Shown: positions 52,771 through 64,000 of the stretch, one piece after another
Numbering within the stretch: the first letter of the stretch is position 1
How the letters are laid out: the number at the start of each line of letters is the position of its first letter
DNA from: Octopus vulgaris
Taxonomy: Eukaryota
Length of the DNA stretch: 64,000 nt
Assembly (NCBI GenBank): GCA_951406725.2
Contig: OX597823.1
Span: forward strand, 92,938,001 to 93,002,000
Direction: 5' to 3'
Notes under the pieces: generated by a model
The model's input: the letters and a program-made list of their open reading frames with translations, nothing else
Told to the model about the DNA's origin: nothing
The model's database searches: none
Position numbers and translations under genes: made by a program

Positions 52771-53976
52771 TATCTATCTCTCTATCTGTCTGTTTAGCTA
52801 TCTCTCTGCAGCCTCCTAAAGATTTGAAGTTTAACCAAATCTCCGGTATTCAAATTAGTAAAAAAACTCGCGATTGTTTTTACAAGATTACTCACCTGGC
52901 CATATTTTCGACCATCTACGTAATGCGCAAATATATACGAATAGGTAGGTGTGTTTATGTGTATGTTTAAATATCGCAGTGTGACGCCCTGCACAAGTTT
53001 CTCCCACAATATATCTCTTGTGGAATTAATTTGGTATTGACATGCAAAGGAATTATGGCACTGTTCTGGGAGCCCTTTGTCGTTCTGACAAAATATCAAG
53101 CTTACTTTGCATTATGCTTCTTTTAAAAGAACTCATGTTCACAAAACACTAAACTATGTTAACAGTGATTTAAGAAATGGTCGATTAGGTGGAAACACTG
53201 TTGTGATCTTGCAGCCTGCTAGAAATAGCAGTCATATTTATTATTGCTTTAATGTAGCAAATCAGGCTTTAGAGAAGGCGACGATGCTTCGGGCTTGACT
53301 GTATGTGAACAACTTACTCCTTTTATTCGAGAAGTTGGAGTGAGCAACAACAACGACAGCAACAGAAGCAGGAGCAGCAAGATCAACAGTAACACCAACA
53401 ACGAGAGAAACAAAAAGAACACCAGTGAAAGCAGTAGTAACAAGAACAGAAACAGTGATTATACGTATTCTCCGTATCACAGCTGCCGCGAGATCCATCG
53501 TACATGAGAATACATATGTATAAACCGGAAACTTGCTTTAAGATATTTCATGTTGAAAACTTGCTAAAACTTTAAATCTAAATGTATTTCAGTGAATTTA
53601 TTTACTTTCCTCAATTGAAAATGTAGAACCATTATTTATGATGGCGCAGAAAGACTACTATAGATCTCTCACTAAAACCAATAAACGAATAAAATGGAGT
53701 CGACGAGAGTGTATTATACGCTTGGGTCTTTTCTACTTAATTTCAAATTTGGTGTTGAATTTCATGTATGAAATGTAGTATATTGACCGTTGCTTGTCTC
53801 TTCAAGAAATATTTATTTGTGTTTAATCATGATGTTTAATATAACCATCTTACGCTGTATGTCTACAGATAACATACGAAACATGAATGTTTTCATCGAC
53901 AAATACACGAAACAACTTCAGAGACCTGTCGATCATTAAATCTTAAGTAACATACATTGAGATATCAGACTTCTAA

Positions 53977-54007
<31 letters not shown>

Positions 54008-54031
54008 TGTATGTATGTATGTATATATATG

Positions 54032-54690
54032 TCAGAACACTTTCGAGTGCTACTGGTAACATGTAACCCAGTACAACCTGTTGCATGGTCGGGCCGTCGG
54101 TGTCTAAACCGGCAACCCCACCAAGCTTGCTTGGTGAGGAGGGTGTTTATTGGACACCCTGCGGGATAAAAAACAAAACCCGTCAAAGGGCGGAGGAACT
54201 CTTGAGAGTCAACGGCCATCCAATAAATGTGTATTTTTTTTAAGGCTTAAAGCTGTATCATGCGCGGGGACATAGAAATAATCGGATTGAATACGCGATC
54301 GGGCTGTTAAACCATAGGGAGTGAAAGACTCCTAGCCTTTGTTAGGGCATCCTTCTAGGAGAAGGTAACTCAGGTAACTGGGATAACACCGACATAAAAC
54401 TTGCAGCTCAGTGGTTACCGATGATGTTGAGTCGTTTTTCTCTTCGGATTATGGCAGATGTTGCTTAATGGGATTGACACTGTGCACAGCCTTTCCTCAC
54501 TTTACAAAAAATCTTCATGCACAGGCATTGCACGATAGCAACATTGTTCATGATTGTTGATAGGGTTGTGGGTCTCAACTGAATAGCTGGCTGTAGCCTT
54601 AAAAAGCAAATAAAAGTCACATTCGATCTCAGCACCAATAACAGTTAAGCTTCGTGACATACTCGATAATGAGGGGGCGGTCATTATTAT
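54032..54690 (+). mobile_element. RTE-derived non-autonomous element (structured 5' leader joined to a short 3' tail)
   Basis: RTE 5'-UTR-like GGGCATCCTTCTAGGAGAAGGTAACTC; 3' end ACTCGATAATGAGGGGGCGGTCA(TTA)n; no long ORF; second copy at 31521-31838. Confidence 0.65.
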
Positions 54691-55562
54691 ATATATAAGG
54701 AGAAAAAGTCAAGGTAGAAAATGCTAAAATAATTTTATTATAAAGAAACATTTTGCTGCCAGTCTCAGTCATTGAGACTTTTGCAGCTGTATGGAAAACA
54801 ATAAAATTATGGAAAAATTAAATGAAAAGTGTTTTAAAAGAATATTTGCATGCTATAGGGATTTTGTCCTTGTTTCTGCTGTCTCCGTTTCTTTTGTTTA
54901 CACATGTGGGTTCGAGGATATATATATATATAAGAAGAAAGCATAAGACATTGACAGTGTTATAAAATTGCCTTAAAGTTCGGATTGCACGCACGCAGAA
55001 CAGCGAGTATCTAGTATGTAGTCATTCTTAAAGCTTTCTGGCAGATGTTTAGGTGAAGAGCTGATAACTAGCGTTTTGTTGTTCGAAGATCATTTCTTCT
55101 CTTTAAGCGATGTTTTCACGGCCTGGCTCTTCGTCGGTTACAACTACGAGCTTTCCATTTGATTTGATCTGATCAATAGAACAGCCGTTCGTGAAATTAC
55201 CGAGCAGGTGACCGAGCAGGTGACCGACCACTCCACAGACACGCGTATCATTTACTATTGTTCTCATGGAAATTTAAAGTGTTACAAAGCTGGCCCTTTG
55301 AATTACAGACACCCTATCACTTCGCCAGTTGCGTGGACTGTTTGTAACATTCTTCATACTCCGGTGTGGTGTGACTTCGAGACATTGCGTTGTTTGTGCC
55401 TATCTGCCCAATCAAACCTATCTTACCACTGAACCCATGCTTTTCTGCAGGCCACAGATGAATTATTATCCGTTTTGGCACACTCCAGCTCGAATTCACA
55501 AATAATTTGCTTATTGATTGCTATAAACAAGAGCTGGTGCTCTGGTCAGATTCGTCAGGGTG

Positions 55563-55925
55563 GCAAAATTTTAAGTGTGTTTAATAACCATTGACACAAT
55601 ACGATGAGGTAAATTAACAAGAACCGAAAATATTAAATTATGTATAGAAAACGAAATAAAAGACGTTCAGAGAAACCAGCCATTCAGTTACTTAGATTCA
55701 GATGAAAGTGATAATATACAACACACCAAAATGAAGAAAATTACTGTAGAGTCACACGTATATTAAAATCCGAAATCAATAAGATAATACGTATAAATAA
55801 AAACACCAGATCTGATATAAACTTTAACATAATGAAGTCGAAGTTAAATGAATAAGAGAGCTCAAGAAGAAAACAAACAGGCATCTAATAACTGTGTTTC
55901 AAAACACGGTCTCAAATCTGATTGT
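55563..55925 (+). repeat. Second copy of 42494-42851
   Basis: Direct alignment by eye; the sequences upstream of the two copies differ. Confidence 0.95.
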
Positions 55926-56007
55926 GTGTGTGTGTGTGTATACAGAGTAAAACTTACTTCGAAAAGAATGCGTAGCGTTCAATCATAAAATAAGATAAAT
56001 TATATAT

Positions 56008-56042
<35 letters not shown>

Positions 56043-56791
56043 GATAGATATATATATATATTTATGGATATATACATACGTATATGTACATATTTACATC
56101 TATAAGTGTGTATATATATATATATGCAAATGTGGGTACAGGACGTCACAAAACATGTACAACAGAAATTACGAAGTACGTATACATGGAATTTGAACTT
56201 TTTTTCGAACAACGAAAGACACAAATAGAAAGCAAGACAAACAACATAAAAAACGACCCTTCGTCAGTTATTAGCTGTTTTACTACTCTCGTATTTCGAG
56301 CATTTAACGCTTTCGATAAAACAGTTGCTCCCGCAAAGCAAATTAAATCAAATTTGGGATTTTGCGAAGGATCAAAATTGGTAACACAAACAAACAGGAA
56401 GGGTTGTTAAGCCAAATCGAGGTTGTGATGGTGAACGCGTAAATCAAGCTTAGATAGGAGACAGACAAGAAGACGCCTTCCTTGTTCCAGCTACAACGGA
56501 GAGAAAGAAAGTAACACAATTTTGGAGGAAAAATAAAGATGGCTAATGATCACGTGGGAACCACATGAGGAAGGGAGGAGGAGTGAGGGAGAGATAGTGA
56601 CAGAGTAATAAGATAGAATATATGGAGAAGAGGAGGTAAAATATTAAGAGAGAGAAAGAGAAAAGCAAAAGATTAAAAATATCGTATAGAGTGCACATCG
56701 GAATTATTAAGATAAAATTTACTTTGAGATGTATGTACATATACGCTTGTATATATGCATATATACATACATACATACATACATACATACA

Positions 56792-56823
<32 letters not shown>

Positions 56824-57011
56824 CATATATATATATATTATTTATATTATTATATAAAGTGTGAGTGGAACGTAACAAAGCATTAGAAACTGCTTATAGA
56901 ATTTTCAGTATCACTGAAGTCATGAAACTAACATTTTTTAATCAGTCAACTCTAATAGGGATTTCTTATTATTTATTTATTTTGTCTTATTTCGCATTTC
57001 TTTTTTTGCCG

Positions 57012-57390
57012 ATGGCCGGTCACTTGACTATTCAGGAGCGAGCTAAGATAACAGTACGCTATGAAGTGTGGAATTCTATTGTATTGTTTCAGAGATGGTG
57101 GCGTGCAACACTAGGTCCGTAGACAATAAAGGTTGTCATGCAAAGCTGATGACCATGGTTTCTGTGAACGATGCAAGAAGTGACCTCCCAACTACATACC
57201 GATCACCGGAGGAGGTGGCAACAGTGCATGAAATGTTTAATCACAGCCCACAAAAATTAACACTTCAAGCAGCTCGTGAAAGTCGACTAACGAGACACAT
57301 AACCCGTGCGGTGTTGCTTAAAGAATTGAATTTTGGGCCGTGGAAATCCCTCTAGGCGGAGGAGCCAACACCTGAGGACTGTGACCGGAG
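57012..57390 (+). pseudogene. mariner (rosa/DD41D-like) transposase N-terminal HTH region, frameshifted
   Basis: MAGHLTIQERAKI..RYEVWNSIVLFQRWWR...KLMTMVSVNDAR...RSPEEVATVHEMF..SPQK...AARES.LTR...VLLKELNFGPWK...TPEDCDRR. Confidence 0.8.
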
Positions 57391-57711
57391 ATATCCAGAA
57401 GTCCAGCAGTCAAAGAATCCCAGGTATCATTCCATGTGATTCTAACTTTGGGGTTACACACATAAAGAGGGTTGCTTTGACTCGAGAGGTACAAGTAGGT
57501 CGAAGCAACAAGGTATCTCAAAGTCCTCTTGCACCGGTAAATAAAGCGTGCTAAGAACACACAGACAGGAGGTGTTCTCTTAAGACAAAAGTGCGCTCTG
57601 CTATTTACGTTTGAATTAGCCAAAACGCATTAACTTACATAAGACATTTTCTACTTGTGTTTATGTATGTTACATTGTATGAATATGTCTGCCTGAAAGA
57701 AGCCCCAAGTA

Positions 57712-57745
<34 letters not shown>

Positions 57746-57746
57746 C

Positions 57747-57972
57747 CTTTTTACCTTTTACTTGTTTCAGTAATTTGACTGCGGCTATGCTGGAGCACCG
57801 CCTTTAGACGAGCAAATCGACCCCAGGACTTATTCTTTGTAAACCTAGTATTTATTCTATCGGTTTCTTTTGCCGAACCGCTAAGTTACGGGAACGTAAA
57901 CACGCCAGCATCGGTTATTAAGCGATGTTGGGTGGACAATCACAGACACATAAATATATACACACACATAGA

Positions 57973-58014
<42 letters not shown>

Positions 58015-58015
58015 C

Positions 58016-58087
<72 letters not shown>

Positions 58088-58222
58088 TTATATACGACGG
58101 GCTTCTTTCAGTTTCCGTCTACCAAGTCCACTCACAAGGCTTTGGTCGGTCCGAGGCTATAGTAGAAGACACTTGCCACGCAGTGGGACTGTACCCGGAA
58201 CTATGTGTTTGGTAAGTAAGCT
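57747..58222 (-). mobile_element. SINE family A, full-length young copy
   Basis: Near-consensus tail, internal (TA)n, head. Confidence 0.93.
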
Positions 58223-59003
58223 ACTTTCCACACAGCCACTCCTTCGTATATACATACGACGGCCTTCTTTCAGTTTCACCCTACCAAATCCACGCCTATG
58301 TGTGTACATGAATAACATTGGCCGTGGTATGTCATCGAAAATTTTAAAAAGGAAACTGTATTTTAAAAACATAAAAATGTATTTTCTCCCTTTCGAACTT
58401 CGTTCGTACGCAAATTCCCTTTGCATCGGTTGTCATTCTCGCCTTTCAAAATTTAAACGGAAAGAAAACGAACATTTGACAACCACTGATGCCGTCGCTC
58501 ATCAATTTCGATATAAAAATATTAGAATAAAGCTTTGTTCTAATATTCTTATGTTGCGCTTGTTAAGTGTTATGGGATTCATTAAACACCTTACGATGCT
58601 TCTATTACTATTGATGTTAATATATAATATTGTTTTTGCTTGAAAGGAATAGCTGTATCGCTTAATGATTATGATATATAACTCTATCGATGCAATTATT
58701 AGGTTCAGAGAGAATACTGTCGACGGCAATGGCGGTGTTTCTTTCCGTCATTTTAATGTCCGATCTGTTAGGATTTATGGGCCGTCGAGTGGATGTTATT
58801 ATCTTACTATTGATGTTAATATATAATATGTTTTTTTACTTGAAAGCAAGCATTCTATTGTGTAAGCTTTATCATTTATAACTAAACCTAATTTAACATC
58901 AGTTTCATTGCAGTATACGTTTAATTCCTCTATCCTCTTTAAAAGCCTATCATCTCTTTTAGTTAATTAAGCGCTTACTAATACGTTTGTCTTGTACGTC
59001 AGC

Positions 59004-59055
<52 letters not shown>

Positions 59056-59073
59056 TATATAGTATATATATAG

Positions 59074-59104
<31 letters not shown>

Positions 59105-59111
59105 TATATAT

Positions 59112-59175
59112 AGTATATCACCAGTCGTATATCAGGATATATATATATATCCTGATATACGACTGGTGATATACT
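59112..59175. repeat. Perfect 64-bp palindrome centred on (AT)7
   Basis: AGTATATCACCAGTCGTATATCAGG-ATATATATATATAT-CCTGATATACGACTGGTGATATACT. Confidence 0.97.
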
Positions 59176-60214
59176 TTCTGTAACAATACAGGAATACAGG
59201 TTGGGGTGCTATGCGAAGCTAGATGTGATTACTGTTTATACAATATCAATATTTTTCTATCACTGTGATATATGTGAACGCATATTTTATGATATAAATC
59301 TTGGTGGAGGAAGTATAATGCGAATGTTTCTCGCTGTCGTCGTGTATTCCGAGGTGAACATGAATCAAACATATTTATGATCACAAGCACTCAACGTATT
59401 AGTCACCTGCATTTGAAAGACAAAAATTTAGAGTGTCCGAAGAAATATTGCATCGAAAGCTTTTGCTTTCGTCCTACTCAACGTTTGCTGATTTTGTTTT
59501 CCTTTGCAGAATATATGCAACTATGGGAGTAACCATTATTTAAATTCCTAGAATTAAAACAGTAATACTATTTCCTCTTAAGAACCTTGTATGCACACAC
59601 TTTTGCCATTGCTGGTTGTACAACATATGTACGGGGACACAAGCTTATAAGCAGCATCAAATGTTGGGTGAAATTGTCATCTAGCTCTAAGGCGTCTACT
59701 TGATTTATAGATTTTCTTTCGAGGATATAAACTAAACAACACTGATTGTGTAAATGGAGTGAACAAACACAAGCACAAAACACGCACACTCATACATAGA
59801 CTCTCACACACACACAGACACACACACACACACGATTTCTTTGTGTATGAACAAGGCAGCCAATGATTTTGTGGGGGAAAAAACTCTTCACAACATTTAC
59901 GCAATCTACTTCAGAATGTTGCTAATCGTCTCCATTTTTGATTACTAGCATTCTCAAATGGATCGCTATAAAATTGTGGAAATTTTGCATATATGAAACT
60001 ATTGGTTGCCCTGAAAATCCATAAACAAAAATATTTAATATTTTTTCCACTAATGGCGGTTTTGACTTACTGGAATTGTTCATGTTTCTAATGGTCAGTG
60101 TAAATAAATAAGAAAAAAATACTCGCATTTTCCAACCATTCATCTTCTCTGTCCACGGTTCTTGGAAGAGTCGTGGATCTAGAATCCATAGGAACCTCCA
60201 TAGTCGTCCTATCA

Positions 60215-60590
60215 AAAGCAGTTGATTGTTCAGTTTCTGACTGGATTTCTAAGCATGACCAACTGAGAATTTGACTATTGTCCAATCGTCGTGTCTCCGT
60301 CTACTCCCAGGTCAGTTGACAGTTGGCTCGGCCTAAAGAATTCCATTTGCGTTTCCTTGCAACATACTAAACACATGACCGTAGTACTGAAGCTGTGACC
60401 GTTGAATATGAAGAATTACTGACACAAATTCGAGAGAATCCTTTATCTCCAAACTACGCTTTTCGGCGAGTAAATTTACTCCAGAGAACCTCCCTTCGAA
60501 CACCATTTTAGCCTCTTGTATTCGCACAACATTCCTCAGAATATATCATACCCGTATAACACACATACTGTAGAGGTGTACGGTTTTGTA
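60215..60590 (-). pseudogene. RTE-clade (Expander-like) LINE 3' coding relic
   Basis: RIQEAKM.F..RFSGVNLL..KRSLEIKDSL...ILHIQRSQLQYYGHVFSM...LSWSCLEI resembles RIQAAEM.FLRR..GV...RS..IRE.L..IERSQLRW.GH. Confidence 0.8.
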
Positions 60591-60892
60591 GTGAGCTGCT
60601 TTAGGCTCATGATCGTAACGTTGTGCGTTTGATTCCAAGTGACGTGTGTTATCCTTGAGTAGGACAATTTATTTCACGCTGCTCTAGTCGACACAGATGG
60701 CAAAAATGTGTGTTATCTTTAGTACAAAGGGCCAGCTTGTCACATTCTGTGTCACACAGAAGCTCCTTGAGGACTACGTTAAAGGCACGCGTGTCTGTGG
60801 AATGCTCAGCCGCTTCCACGTTATTTTCATGTGCAGAATCATCCGTTGATCGGACCAGCTGGTACAATCGTCAGCGTTCGACAAAGTGCCAT
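60590..60892 (+). mobile_element. SINE with a different (CORE-like) front half but tail type 3
   Basis: GTTTGATTCC B-box, TCCTTGAGTAGGACA, then CAAAGGGCCAGCTTGTCAC...CGTGTCTGTGGAATGCTCAGCC tail. Confidence 0.75.
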
Positions 60893-61458
60893 AAAGAAAC
60901 TATTAATTGGTAAATCGAATATGGTTTAATTTGACCATGAAATGCGAATGTGGATAAAATTACCATGGTATAATTATTCGGAGGTAATGTTAAATTAGAC
61001 ATCTATATGATATCATAAACATGAAATTCTAAGTTAAATCACTGTTATCGGAGGTATGTTATAGAGATTCCTTAATCGCTTGTTTAAAATAGACAAAAGT
61101 GTGGGGTACGCAAAATTATTAATTCAATCTCTAATGATTCGTTATAATATATTTACAAAAAATATCCATGTAATTAATAAGATTATTTTAATGTTATATT
61201 ATTGCCTGCAGTGATGATTTATCGGTTTTATTAACAGCTGTAGTAATAATGGCATTAATAATTGGATGAAAAGTAGATATCGTCTTGTTGAGTATTGCAA
61301 TAAATTGCATTTAAGTTAATTTTAATAAAATTCTAAACGTCAAAAAAGGAGAAAAATATGGTATGAAAATGATGAAAGATGACGTATGTTGCGTGTTGCG
61401 TGAGGCGTGAGGTAACAAATTTCTATATTTTCTAACGATAAAAAACAGTCAGTAACTG

Positions 61459-61534
<76 letters not shown>

Positions 61535-61817
61535 TCTCTCTCTCTCTCGTTTCATATATTTATTTATTTATCCACCAGTATGTCTGTCTGTCTGTCTGTC
61601 TGTCCGTCTACCTATCTGTCCATCTGTCTATCTACCTACCTGTCTCTATATCTATTTATTTCTCTATCTATAAACACACACACATACACACGTATACAAA
61701 TATATATTCATAGATAGGTAGATAGCTAGATAGATAGACAGATAGATAAACAGAGAGAGGGAGACAGGCAGATAGAGAGATAGACAGTCAGGCAGGCAGA
61801 CAGACAGACATATAGAC

Positions 61818-61880
<63 letters not shown>

Positions 61881-62627
61881 CATAAGTAAGAATATATATA
61901 TATATATATATATATATATCCATACATATATGCGTGCATGTATTTAATTATGCATACATATATATATATGTATGTATATATGAATGGATGTATGCATAAA
62001 TGTATGTATGCAGTGTGCATGTGAGTGTTTGTGTGTGTGTGGGTGCATACTCGAGGGAGAGCGGTAGAGGGAAAAGTGAAAGATGCATAACAGAAGCATT
62101 ACTGAGATATCTACATACATCGATACCTATTAAAAAGCGATGAGAAAGAAGAAAACAAACAAGAGAACGGCAGAGTACCGTTTGCTTTTGGTAGATTTGT
62201 ACGTGTGTTGTGCAGACATTTCTAAGTGAAACGTGCCGATTTCCAATGGAGCAGATCAATAAGTTACATCATTGATAGAGAGCCGAATTATTCACTTTGT
62301 TCCGAAAGTGTTTTTCCCTGAGATCAATCAATGTTTGCATCGACTGTGTACAGCTTTATTATCTAAAACTATACATTGATGGCTGCATGTGGCTGCTAAA
62401 TGTATTTCATAAGATGCACGCCGAAGGTCGATATGCCTCTTTCAATAAGCAATGCTTTACACATTTAGAATTTTTTTTCTGTTACATATCATCTCTCTCA
62501 CAATGTCATTCGTCTCTCTTTCTATTTGTTTGTCTGTCTGTCTCTCTCTCTCGGTCACACACACTATCTCTATTTCTCTCTGAGTACACACATACATGCA
62601 TATTCACACCCACCCACACATACATAT

Positions 62628-62691
<64 letters not shown>

Positions 62692-62825
62692 ATATCTACA
62701 TGTAAGTATACATATATATTTATGCATCTGCGTAAGATAATTAGATACATATATGTGCGTTTGTATATACATACGCATGTGTATATGTATATGTATATAT
62801 ATATATATATGTGTGTGTGTATGCG

Positions 62826-62902
62826 TGTGTGTGTGTATATATATAGATACATGCACACATAAATATATACGTATGTATACACACAATCACACGCATACAT
62901 GC

Positions 62903-62981
<79 letters not shown>

Positions 62982-63004
62982 CATACATATATGTGTGTGT
63001 GTGT

Positions 63005-63041
<37 letters not shown>

Positions 63042-63115
63042 CATGTATGCATAATTGTGTGTATACATACGTATATATTTATGTGTGCATGTATCTATAT
63101 ATATACACACACACA
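62826..63115. repeat. Perfect ~62-bp inverted repeat inside a microsatellite mosaic (62826-62887 / 63054-63115)
   Basis: GTGTGTATATATATAGATACATGCACACATAAATATATACGTATGTATACACACAAT and its exact reverse complement. Confidence 0.92.
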
Positions 63116-63283
63116 TACATACTTCTATGTATGTGTGTGAATATATACATACATACAAACAAACACACAAAAACACAGACACACACACATACACATACAA
63201 ACGCAAATATATGTATATAAAATCATGCCTGCAGTCATTCCTCGCACAGTGATACACAGAAACACACATTTATTTTATAACCA

Positions 63284-63350
<67 letters not shown>

Positions 63351-64000
63351 CACTAAAATATTTCGCATCACATTCATTCACATATATATACGCTCTATAA
63401 ACTACACACACACATATACACACACGTACGCGCATACAATCAGAAACCCTCTCCTTTATCTCATCGTACGTCTATAACCATTCATCTTCGTTATTACCCT
63501 CTTTTATTCTTCTCTAAATACGCAAACTCACAAATGCTAAATAAACATTGACTTACTGCCAGCCTTCTGTTACGTTGATGCCCGTCTTGATTTATGGCTT
63601 TTAGGGGAACATTCTTAATGTACAGCTTCAGTTAAACACGAGAATATGAAATTATAAGGTCGAAGGTACTCGATTTAGCTCAACGTGTATTTATATATTC
63701 TAACTTCCCTTCGTAGTCCGTTGTTAATTCTGCATATCTTCAAATAATGAAAACGTCAACGTGTGAGCAGACAGTGAGGTATTCCATTTAGAAAGGTTTT
63801 ATGTAACTTTTCCTTGAAATGGTTTTCGTCTACTCAGAGGAATGTGGCCAACACCTGGCTAGTTTTCCAGTTAGGTTTTAATTCTTTTGCTTCCATATTT
63901 TTCTTGAAATAACCGGCACTCCGTCTGTTACGACGACATATGTTCCAGTTTTTCTTATCAACGGAACGGCCTGCTTTTGAAATTAACGAGAAACAGGTTG

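Overview
This is AT-rich, microsatellite-saturated eukaryotic DNA with no supportable intact protein-coding gene. The repeat complement (three abundant tRNA-derived SINE families, dense (TA)n/(CA)n/(GATA)n/(TACA)n/(AAT)n tracts, Penelope-like and R4/Dong relics) resembles an octopus (coleoid cephalopod) intron or gene desert; the species is inferred, not searched. Almost all supplied ORFs are microsatellite or SINE artefacts. Recognisable fossils are an L1/Tx1 fragment, two R4/Dong LINEs, two RTE LINE 3' ends, two RTE-derived non-autonomous elements, a very old RNase-H-bearing LINE, a Naiad-type Penelope-like element, Tc1, maT-like and rosa-like mariner transposases, a Chapaev3-like transposon, a hAT end and a 441-bp MITE. 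The most notable observations are five. (1) A SINE whose middle is replaced by the antisense 3' half of 5.8S rRNA. (2) A Penelope-like GIY-YIG endonuclease with a 150-codon in-frame Asn/Ser-rich loop between its two signature tyrosines. (3) Several minimal hammerhead-ribozyme-like motifs in non-coding repeats. (4) One SINE head joined to three different tails. (5) A recurring set of fold-back palindromes and local duplications. All calls were made by eye, so boundaries of decayed elements are approximate.
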